Assembly (NCBI RefSeq): GCF_032444005.1
Contig: NC_091289.1
Span: 164,486,001 to 164,550,000 of the forward strand
Length of the DNA: 64,000 nucleotides
From: Ranitomeya imitator
Lineage: Eukaryota
Direction of reading: 5' to 3'
A program made the position numbers and the translations under genes. The notes beneath the pieces were generated by a model. The model did no database searches and had not been told where the DNA came from. It worked only from the letters and a program-made list of their open reading frames with translations. The first letter of the stretch is position 1; each line of letters begins with the position of its first letter. This document shows positions 1 through 11,200 of this stretch, piece by piece.

Positions 1-2356
1 GCTTCATCACCGAGCAATCAGCACCTCTTTGCGACACAACAGCCCCCGCTCCAATTTCAGAAGCATCAACCTCAACCTGGAACGGAAGCAAAACATCTGG
101 TTGACACAACACAGGGGCAGAAGAAAAACAACTCTTTAACTCTTGAAAAGCTTCCACAGCAGCAGAAGACCAATTGACCACATCAGCACCCTTCTTGGTC
201 AAATCGGTCAATGGTTTAGCAATACTAGAAAAATTACAGATGAAGCGACGATAAAAATTAGCAAAGCCAAGGAACTTTTGCAGACTCTTCAGAGATGTCG
301 GCTGAGTCCAATCATAAATGGCCTGGACCTTAACAGGATCCATCTCGATGGTAGAAGGGGAAAAAATGAACCCCAAAAATGAAACCTTCTGAACACCAAA
401 GAGACACTTTGATCCCTTCACAAACAAAGAATTAGCACGCAGGACCTGGAACACCATTCTGACCTGCCTCACATGAGACTCCCAATCATCCGAGAAGACC
501 AAAATATCATCTAAGTATACAATCAGGAATTTATCCAGGTACTCTCGGAAGATGTCATGCATAAAGGACTGAAATACTGATGGAGCATTGGCAAGTCCGA
601 ATGGCATAACTAGGTACTCAAAATGGCCCTCGGGTGTATTAAATGCAGTTTTCCATTCATCGCCCCGTTTAATACGCACAAGATTATATGCACCACGAAG
701 ATCTATCTTGGTGAACCAACTAGCCCCCTTAATCCGAGCAAACAAATCAGATAGCAGCGGCAAGGGGTACTGAAATTTGACCGTGATTTTATTTAGAAGG
801 CGGTAATCAATACAAGGTCTCAGCGAACCATCCTTCTTGGCCACAAAAAAGAACCCTGCTCCCAATGGCGATGACGACGGCCGAATATGACCCTTCTCCA
901 AGGATTCTTTTACGTAACTCCGCATAGCAGCGTGCTCAGGTACAGATAAATTAAACAGTCGACCCTTAGGAAACTTACTACCAGGAATCAACTCGATAGC
1001 ACAATCACAATCCCTATGCGGAGGTAGGGCATTGGACTTGGGCTCATCGAATACATCCCGGTAATCAGACAAGAACTCTGGGACCTCAGAAGGGGTGGAT
1101 GATGAGATAGACATAAATGGAACATCACCATGTACCCCCTGACAACCCCAGCTGGACACAGACATTGATTTCCAATCTAATACTGGGTTATGGACTTGTA
1201 GTCATGGCAACCCCAACACGACCACATCATGCAGATTTTGCAACACCAGAAAGCGAATATCCTCCTGGTGCGCAGGAGCCATGCACATGGTCAGCTGGGT
1301 CCAATACTGAGGCTTATTCTTGGCCAAAGGCGTAGCATCAATTCCTCTCAATGGAATAAGACACTGCAAGGGCTCCAAGACAAACCCACAGCGCCTAGCA
1401 AACTCTAAGTCCATCAAATTCAGGGCAGCGCCTGAATCCACAAATGCCATGACAGAATAGGAAGACAAAGAGCAGATCAAAGTAACGGACAAAAGAAATT
1501 TCGACTGTACCGTACCAATGGTGGCAGACTTAGCGAACCGCTTAGTGTGCTTAGGACAATCGGAGATAGCATGAGTGGAATCACCACAGTAGAAACACAG
1601 CCCATTCTGACGTCTGTGTTCCTGCCTTTCAGCTCTGGTCAAAGTCCTATCGCACTGCATAGGCTCAGGTTTATGCTCAGATAATACCGCCAAATGGTGC
1701 ACAGATTAACGCTCACGCAAGCGTCGACCGATCTGAATGGCCAAAGACATAGACTCATTCAGACCAGCAGGCATAGGAAATCCCACCATGACATCCTTAA
1801 GGGCTTCAGAGAGACCCTTTCTGAAGATTGCTGCCAAAGCACATTCATTCCATTGAGTGAGCGCAGACCACTTTCTAAACTTCTGACAATAAATCTCTAT
1901 CTCATCCTGACCCTGACACAGAGCCAGCAAATTTTTCTCTGCCTGATCCACAGAATTAGGTTCATCGTACAGTAATCCGAGCGCCAGAAAAAACGCATCA
2001 ATATTACATAATGCAGGATCTCCTGGCGCAAGGGAAAATGCCCAGTCTTGAGGGTCGCCACGTAATAAAGAAATAATAATCTTAACTTGTTGAACTGGGT
2101 CACCAGAGGAGCGAGGTTTCAACGCCAGAAACAGTTTGCAATTATTTTTGAAACTCAGAAATTTAGCTCTATCTCCAGAAAACAAATCAGGAATAGGAAT
2201 TCTTGGTTCTAACATAGAATTCTGAGCCACAAAGTCTTGAATATTTTGTACTCTTGCAGTGAGAAGATCCACACATGAAGACAGACCTTTAATGTCCATC
2301 ACCACACCTGTGTCCTGAACCACCCAAATGTCTAGGGGAAAAAAAAGGCAAAACAC
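1..2356 (-). pseudogene. gag-pol of element 1, inactivated by in-frame stops
   Basis: TAA after GRRLRER (~1706) and TGA in place of Trp of the GLPW motif (~1202). Homologous reading continues in the same frame beyond each stop. Confidence 0.85.
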
Positions 2357-2433
2357 AGTGCAAAGAAAAAAAATGGTCTCAGAACTTCTTTTTTCCCTCT
2401 ATTGAGAAGCATAGTACTTTGGGCCTCCAGTAC

Positions 2434-3202
2434 TGTTATGAATAGGTAATTCAGAACCACAATGGACCTTGAAGTTCAGAGCAGACAAGTGACCTGACAA
2501 AAACCACAAAACATAGGACGAGCTCTGAGACGTGGAAACTCTGCTGACCGCAATCCCTAAACCTATCAAACCACACTAGAGGTAGCCGTGGATTGCGCCT
2601 AACGCTCCCTATGCAACTCGGCACAGCCTGAGAAACTAGCTAGTCCTGAAGATAGAAAAATAAGCCTACCTTGCCTCAGAGAAATTCCCCAAAGGAAAAG
2701 GCAGCCCCCCACATATAATGACTGTGAGTTAAGATGAAAATACAAACTCAGAGATGAAATAGATTTAGCAAAGTGAGGTCCGACTTACTGAATAGACCGA
2801 GGATAGGAAAGATAGCTTTGCGGTCAACACAAAAACCTACAAACAACCACGCAGAGGGGCAAAAAGACCCTCCGCACCGACTAACGGTACGGAGGTGCTC
2901 CCTCTGCGTCTCAGAGCTTCCAGCAAGCAAGCAGAACCAAGAAAGCAAGCTGGACAGAAAATATAGCAACAAAAGTAACACAAGCAGAACTTAGCTTATG
3001 CTGAGCAGACAGGCCACAGGAACGATCCAGGAGGAAGCAAGACCAATACTAGAACATTGACGGGAGGCCAGGATCAAAGCACTAGGTGGAGTTAAATAGA
3101 GCAGCACCTAACGACTTAACCTCATCACCTGAGGAAGGAAACTCAGAAGCCGCAGTACCACTCGTGACCACAGGAGGGAGCTTGATCACAGAATTCACAA
3201 CA
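2434..3202 (-). repeat. 5' LTR of element 1 (769 bp)
   Basis: TG...CA termini; PBS-position sequence lies just inside (2422-2431); TATA-like TATTTAA on the minus strand at 3092-3098. Confidence 0.85.
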
Positions 3203-3424
3203 GAGATCACTGTGATTAGATTATAATACGTTTTGATCCATTTCATCATCTAGCAAGATATTGAATAGACTGAATGATTAAAGCATCTAGTTAATTAAAG
3301 CATCCATTTATGTTAGTGAGGACCTATAATACTATACATACATCAATAGAATCATGCTAGCCACCATTTCATCTATAGTTTGAAAAAATAAATTCGTAAG
3401 ATTTTTTTTCTTTTTTCCTAATAG

Positions 3425-5216
3425 TTAATGGTCAGTGCTCAACATCTGCCAAACAGTTGGCTGAACCACTTGCAGAGTAAGTTTAACAAGCAGCTAAGGG
3501 TCTTTGCCTTTTGAGATTTTTTCTTGTACCTCTTCTTTTGTCTGCATTCTCCTTACATGTATATGCACCCTTTTTCTAGAGTACTGTGCCCATCTGGCTG
3601 CCATAAACATCCAAACAATGTGTGGGGTACAGGTTTCTACAACTATGTAAGTTGCCTCTAAAACTGAAAAATATAATCCTTTGTGAATATGTGTTTGCCA
3701 TATGTTAAAGTTCTATGGTATTAAAAGCAATAGTAACAAAATACTCATTTATTTATCTTTCTTTTCGCTTTAGGAATCTTCAATATGTCAAGCAGCAATA
3801 CATTGGGGAATATTGAGTCCAGAAGATAGTAAAGTCATAATAGTGGAAAGAATCCCAGGTCAAAAGAGTTATGAACAATCAACCAGGAATGGAATTACAT
3901 CAAAATCATTTGGCGCTTCTCCTTGGTCCTTTAAAGTTAGAATGTCAATTGAAGAACCAGAGGAGCCAGATCGGGAACCATTTAGATTACCAGCAGGTGA
4001 TTCATGTCTACTATTTTTCCATAGCATGCAAAAGTTTTATATCAAGAACAATGTGCTTATGTTACAAATTGCTTAGAAACCACAAAAGGTTTAAAACTAA
4101 ATTGGTCCATATGAAAAAACAAATACACAAGTTCATTTAAGATAAAAATTTTGCAGCAGTAACTATACTATATAATTACTAGACAAAATAGTTCTCATTC
4201 TCCACTGCAGGTTGGCAAAAGCAGTATGGGTTTATATAATTATTATGTCTTGCAACCGAGTTTCTTTTCAATTTTTAGACAACTTCTCCAAAGTGATGAT
4301 TTACGGAACACTAAGAGTTGATATCACTTTTTATAGATACTGTTAGAATTTATGCACATATCTTACCAAATTCTGTAGTTTAGTTTCCTTTCCAAACTCA
4401 GATTCAGCTGTGTGTCAGCATGCTATTTTATATACCAACTTATTCAAAAGTTATTTTCATTCTATTACCCGATATGTAATTTCCATTTTAGGAAAATCAT
4501 CTTGTTCATTAACTGCACTGCAAGTTAAAGATCGTTCTGCAGAGTAAGCATTGTTTTCTGTTTTCATTCCATTTTCCTACATTAGCTCTATCGTTTCATT
4601 AAATCAATTGGCAAAGTCTTCTCAAAAAGTAATTACTTATCCAAAAGAAAATTTTAATTTTCTGGGTTTCATTTGGTTAGAATGGACTGTCCATCTGATT
4701 GTATGAAAGACAAATCTCCAGTTTATGGATCTGGAACCTACGCATCAGTAAGTTGAAATGTTAAATAAAAGCGTAAGTACATTGAAAATGTAGCTGTGAC
4801 TGTGGCAAAAAAAAAACTAGAGAAATAAAGAAATAAAAATGTAAGAAAAGTTGTATTATTAGATATCTACCTTTTTCCGTAGGTTTCCTCCATGTGCAAA
4901 GCAGCTCTTCATGATGGAGTAATAGACAACAAAGGAGGAAAAATATTTATTGAAAAGGTTAAAGGGCTATCTAGTTATGAAGAAAGCACAAGGAATGGAG
5001 TGAAGTCCAATAAATACGGCTCTTCTAAAGAATCATTTAGAGTCTATAAGCCAAAGAGTAAACCTTCTGGATGGGAAACTGTGAAGAAACCAGAGCTTAC
5101 TGATCACACATCAACATTTGAAGCTTTGGAACCCTCCAAACAAACAGACCCTTTCCATCCTAAAGGAACAGAAGTAAATACTGAATCAGGTGGAAAGAAA
5201 ACTAAGAAACCGATAG
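3425..5216 (+). CDS. LCCL-pair unit 1
   Basis: Exons 3425-3476, 3580-3646, 3774-3996, 4492-4543, 4681-4747, 4883-5216; open; variants L>M (A3), R>K and P>S (B3). Confidence 0.87.
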
Positions 5217-8200
5217 GTAAAATTTTTTCATCAAGTTTATTAAAATGCATACTGGTAGTCAAAACAAAATAGTTCTGTGAAAGTAGGAAGTGAAAAAATA
5301 CACTTATTCCTAAATTAAAGCAAAAAGGCAGTGGCTACAGAGATTGTAGAAACATTTATAGCAGAGGTGTCAAACTGCATTCCTCGAGGGGCGCAAACAG
5401 GTCATGTTTTCAGGATTTCCTTGTATTGCACAGGTGATAATTTAATCACCTGCACAGAATGATTCCAGCACCTTGTGAAATACAAGGAAATCCTGAAAAC
5501 ATGACCTGTTTGCGGCCCTCGAGGAATGCAGTTTGACACCTCTGATTTATAGGACACCAGCCACTCAAATTCATTGCTGCTCCCAGTATACTCACACAAT
5601 GACATATTTTAATATATTCTTTAATTTTACAGTATGCAATTATTTGCTTTCTCATGAAATGCAGGATATAATACTGCAGCACACGTGTAACATTTTAGTA
5701 ACATGTAATATAATGAACAACCTGAGATCACTGTGATTAGATTAAAATACGTTTTGATCCATTTCATCATCTAGCAAGATATTGAATAGACTGAATGATT
5801 AAAGCATCTAGTTAATTAAAGCATCCATTTATGTTAGTGAGGACCTATAATACTATACATACACCAATAGAAACATGCTAGCCACCATTTCATCTATAGT
5901 TTGAAAAAATAAATTCGTAAGATTTTTTTTCTTTTTTCCTAATAGTTAATGGTCAGTGCTCAACATCTGCCAAACAGTTGGCTGAACCACTTGCAGAGTA
6001 AGTTTAACAAGCAGCTAAGGGTCTTTGCCTTTTGAGATTTTTTCTTGTATCTCTTCTTTTGTCTGAATTCTTCTCACATGTATATGCACCCTTTTTCTAG
6101 AGTACTGTGCCCATCTGGCTGCCATAAACATCCAAACAATGTGTGGGGTACAGGTTTCTACAACTATGTAAGTTGCCTCTAAAACTGAAAAATATAATCC
6201 TCTGTGAATGTGTGTTTGCCATATGTTAAAGTTCTATGGTATTAAAAGCAATAGTAACAAAATACTCATTTATTTATCTTTCTTTTTGCTTTAGGAATCT
6301 TCAATATGTCAAGCAGCAATACATTGGGGAATATTGAGTCCAGAAGATAGTAAAGTCATAATAGTGGAAAGAATCCCAGGTCAAAAGAGTTATGAACAAT
6401 CAACCAGGAATGGAATTACATCAAAATCATTTGGCGCTTCTCCTTGGTCCTTTAAAGTTAGATTGTCAATTGAAGAACCAGAGGAGCCAGATCGGGAACC
6501 ATTTAGATTACCAGCAGGTGATTCATGTCTACTATTTTTCCATAGCATGCAAGAGTTTTATATCAAGAACAATATGCTTATGTTACAAATTGCTTAGAAA
6601 CCACAAAAGGTTTAAAACTAAATCGGTCCATATGAAAAAACAAATACACAAGTTCATTTAAGATAAACATTTTGCAGCAGTAACTATACTATATAATTAC
6701 TAGACAAAATAGTTCTCATTCTCCACTGCAGGTTGGCAAAAGCAGTATGGGTTTATATAATTATTATGTCTTGCAACCGAGTTTCTGTTCAATTTTTAGA
6801 CAACTTCTCCAAAGTGATGATTGACGGAACACTAAGAGTTGATATCGCTTTTTATAGATACTGTTAGAATTTATGCACATTTCTTACCAAATTCTGTAGT
6901 TTAGTTTTCCTTTCCAAACTCAGATTCAGCTGTGTGTCAGCATGCTATTTTATATACCAACTTAGTAAAAAGTTATTTTCATTCTATTACCCGATATGTA
7001 ATTTCCATTTTAGGAAAATCATCTTGTTCATTAACTGCACTGGAAGTTAAAGATCGTTCGGCAGAGTAAGCATTGTTTTCTGTTTTCATTCCATTTTCCT
7101 ACATTAGCTCTATCGTTTCATTAAATCAATTGGCAAAGTCTTCTCAAAAAATAATTACTTATCCAATAGACAATTTTAATTTTCTGGGTTTCATTTGCTT
7201 AGAATGGACTGTCCATCTGATTGTATGAAAGACAAATCTCCAGTTTATGGATCTGGAACCTACGCATCAGTAAGTTGAAATGTTAAATAAGAGCGTAAGT
7301 ACATTGAAAATGTAGCTGTGACTGTGGAAAAAAAAAATAGAGAAATAAAGAAATAAAAATGTAAGAAAAGTTGTATTATTAGATATCTACCTTTTTCTGT
7401 AGGTTTCCTCCATGTGCAGAGCAGCTCTTCATAATGGAGTAATAGACAAGAAAGGAGGAAAAATATTTATTGAAAAGGTTAAAGGGCTACCTAGTTATGA
7501 AGAAAGCACAAGGAATGGAGTGAAGTCCAATAAATACGGCTCTTCTAAAGAATCATTTAGAGTCTATAAGCCAAAGAGTAAACCTTCTGGATGGGAAACT
7601 GTGAAGAAACCAGAGCTTACTGATCACACATCAACATTTGAAGCTTTGGAACCCTCCAAACAAACAGACCCTTTCCATCCTAAAGGAACAGAAGTAAATA
7701 CTGAATCAGGTGGAAAGAAAACTAAGAAACCGATAGGTAACATTTTTTCATAAAGTATATTAAAATGCATACTGATAGTCAAAACAAAATACTTCTGTGA
7801 TAGTAGGAAGTGAAAAAATACACTTATTCCTAAATTAAAGCAAAAAGGCAGTGGATACAGAGATTGTAGAAGCATTTATAGGACACCAGCCACTCAAATT
7901 CATTGCTGCACCCAGTATACTCACACAATGACATATTTTAATATATTCTTTAATTTTACAGTATGTAATTATTTGCTTTCTCATGAAATGCAGGATATAA
8001 TACTGCAGCACACGTTTAACATTTTAGTAACATGTAATATAATGAACAACCTGAGATCACTGTGATTAGATTAAAATATGTTTTGATCCATTTCATCATC
8101 TAGCAAGATATCGAATAGACTGAATGATTAAAGCATCTATTTAATTAAAGCATCCATTTATTTTAGTGAGGACCTATAATACTATAGATACACCAATAGA

Positions 8201-11200
8201 AACATGCTAGCCACCATTTCATCTATAGGTTGAAAATAAATTCGTAAGATTTTTTTTTCTTGTTTCCTAATAGTTAATGGTCAGTGCTCAACATCTGCCA
8301 AACAGTTGGCTGAACCACTTGCAGAGTAAGTTTAACAAGCAACTAAGGGTCTCTGCCTTTTGAGATTTTTTCTTGTACCTCTTCTTTTGTTTGCATTCTT
8401 CTTACATGTGTATGCACCCTTTTTCTAGAGTACTGTGCCCATCTGGCTGCCATAAACATCCAAACAATGTGTGGGGTACAGGTTTCTACAACTATGTAAG
8501 TTGCTTCTAAAACTGAAAAATATAATCCTCTGTGAACTTGTGTTTGCCATGTTAAAGTTCTATGGTATTAAAAGCAATAGTAAAAAATACCCATTTATTT
8601 ATCTTTCTTTTCGCTTTAGGAATCTTCAATATGTCAAGCAGCAATACATTGGGGAATATTGAGTCCAGAAGATAGTAAAGTCATAATAGTGGAAAGAATC
8701 CCAGGTCAAAAGAGTTATGAACAATCAACCAGGAATGGAATTACATCAAAATCATTTGGCGCTTCTCCTTGGTCCTTTAAAGTTAGATTGTCAATTGAAG
8801 AACCAGAGGAGCCAGATCGGGAACCATTTAGATTACCAGCAGGTGATTCATGTCTACTATTTTTCCATAGCATGCAAGAGTTTTATATCAAGAACAATGT
8901 GCTTATGTTACAAATTGCTTAGAAGCCACAAAGGGTTTAAAACTAAATCGGTTCATATGAAAAAACAAATACACAAGTTCATTTAAGATAAAAATTTAGC
9001 AGCAGTAACTATACTATATAGTTACTAGACAAAATAGTTCTCATTCTCCACTGCAGGTTGGCAAAGCAATATGGGTTTATATAATTATTATGTCTTGCAA
9101 CCGAGTTTCTGTTCAATTTTTAGACAACTTCTCCAAAGTGATGATTGACGGAACACTAAGAGTTGATATCGCTTTTTATAGATACTGTTAGAATTTATGC
9201 ACATTTCTTACCAAATTCTGTAGTTTAGTTTTCCTTTCCAAACTCAGATTCAGCTGTGTGTCAGCATGCTATTTTATATACCAACTTAGTCAAAAGTTAT
9301 TTTCATTCTATTACCCGATATGTAATTTCCATTTTAGGAAAATCATCTTGTTCATTAACTGCACTACAAGTTAAAGATCGTTCGGCAGAGTAAGCATTGT
9401 TTTCTGTTTTCATTCCATTTTCCTACATTAGCTCTATCGTTTCATTAAATCAATTGTCAAAGTCTTCTCACAAAATAATGACTTATCCAAAAGAAAATTT
9501 TAACTTTCTGGGTTTCATTTGCTTAGAATGGACTGTCCATCTGATTGTATGAAAGACAAATCTCCAGTTTATGGATCTGGAACCTACGCATCAGTAAGTT
9601 GAAATGTTAAATAAGAGCGTAAGTACATTGAAAATGTAGCTGTGACTGTGGAAAAAAAAAATAGAGAAATAAAGAAATAAAAATGTAAGAAAAGTTGTAT
9701 TATTAGATATCTACCTTTTTCCGTAGGTTTCCTCCATGTGCAGAGCAGCTCTTCATGATGGAGTAATAGACAACAAAGGAGGAAAAATATTTATTGAAAA
9801 GGTTAAAGGGCTACCTAGTTATGACGAAAGCACAAGGAATGGAGTGAAGTCCAATAAATACGGCTCTTCTAAAGAATCATTTAGAGTCTATAAGCCAAAA
9901 AGTAAACCTTCTGGATGGGAAACTGTGAAGAAACCAGAGCTTACTGATCACACATCAACATTTGAAGCTTTGGAACCCTCCAAACAAACAGACCCTTTCC
10001 ATCCTAAAGGAACAGAAGTAAATACTGAATCAGGTGGAAAGAAAACTAAGAAACCGATAGGTAACATTTTTTCATAAAGTATATTAAAATGCATACTGGT
10101 AGTCAAAACAAAATACTTCTGTGATAGTAGGAAGTGAAAAAATACACTTATTCCTAAATTAAAGCAAAAAGGCAGTGGCTACAGAGATTGTAGAAGCATT
10201 TATAGGACACCAGCCACTCAAATTCATTGCTGCACCCAGAATACTCACACAATGACATATTTTAATATATTCTTTAATTTTACAGTATGTAATTATTTGC
10301 TTTCTCATGAAATGCAGGATATAATACTGCAGCACACGTTTAACATTTTAGTAACATGTAATATAATGAACAACCTGAGATCACTGTGTGTTAGGGACTG
10401 GCGGAACGCACCAAGAATCAGATGTTATGGTATTAGGTGCGTTCGCAGTCCGAGGTCCACCGTGCAGGTAAAAGACCCTGCTGCTAGTAAGATGGACTAT
10501 ATGGCGGTACTAAGTATACACACATGGGTTAACTTCACCCTGCGTGAAGGAAGCGATCCTGTTGCGTCACAGGACCGCAGTACCGCACATAAAGCGCGAG
10601 CAAGAAGTCAGCGGACTCAACCCCTACACAGGATTGAAGTCCGATTAGACACTTGCTGGCACAACACCGCAACTGGGTGTGTCAGAGGAACATAAATAAT
10701 AATATTAAGGCACAAGAGTGCGTGCGGTGCCGCACTGACGGACGCCACTAACCACCCAGGCTTGGGTCAGGAAAGCGCAGAGCAAGCGCACAGCGCCATA
10801 CTGGCGGACACAGCAACTGGTAGCTGTAATGTGTGTTTCGTGCTGTTGGATAAGTCGGGCACTAGATAGCAAACATACACCTTCCACGAACAGACATTCA
10901 ATAGGGAGGGTTATTTAAAGAGCGACTTTCACTCACAACACACACACATATTTACAAGACAATACTAGCGCATGGCCGTGCGGTCATGCGCAGTTTATAT
11001 AGCTGCAGCACAGGAAACAGCTACAGAAGTTTTGCCCTTTCAGGACCTGCCAAAAGGACCAATGGGATGTGCTGCAGTACCTGAGCATGTGACCCTCGAT
11101 CTCCAACGGGAGATCCTGCCCTGGGCATGCTCAGACAGAGAAAAGCAGGACTTAGATCCAGAAACGTCCACTCGCCGCTGCCCAGCACTGGCTTCAATGG

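Larger units (their letters stand above)
1..3202 (-). mobile_element. Ty3/Gypsy (Tf1/sushi-like) LTR retrotransposon 1, 5' part only (runs off the left edge); 5' LTR 2434-3202, gag-PR-RT-RH
   Basis: LTR with TG...CA ends (tgttatg at 2434, cacaaca at 3202) abuts host repeat-intron sequence gagatcactgtg. Minus-strand Gag (1706-2356), CCHC knuckle CFYCGDSTHAISDC, protease DSGA (1202-1702), RT motifs (GAGFFFV, DYRLLN, YLDD ~505-520) and start of RNase H (VEVDAS). Different LTR family from elements 2 and 3. Confidence 0.93.

Noticed and set aside
3813-4076. Repeated 87-aa ORF MSPEDSK...MLQIA as a standalone gene
   Set aside because: It is exon A3 entered at an internal TTG and read through the donor into the intron; the part after RLPAG varies and gains stops in some copies.
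3871-4140. Repeated [14 protein letters not shown]... as an overlapping gene
   Set aside because: Alternative frame of exon A3 plus intron; truncated in units 10, 12 and 18; no recognisable motif; recurrence is explained by the repeat.
4201-4230. Extra exon at ctccactgcag|GTTGGC in the A3-B1 intron
   Set aside because: Acceptor-like, but 1-bp indels follow it in several units (ggcaaaagc versus ggcaaagc) and the LCCL reading is complete without it.
4892-5272. Repeated 113-aa ORF MCRAALH... as a small secreted protein
   Set aside because: It is exon B3; it begins mid-domain, lacks three of the four LCCL cysteines and has no signal peptide.
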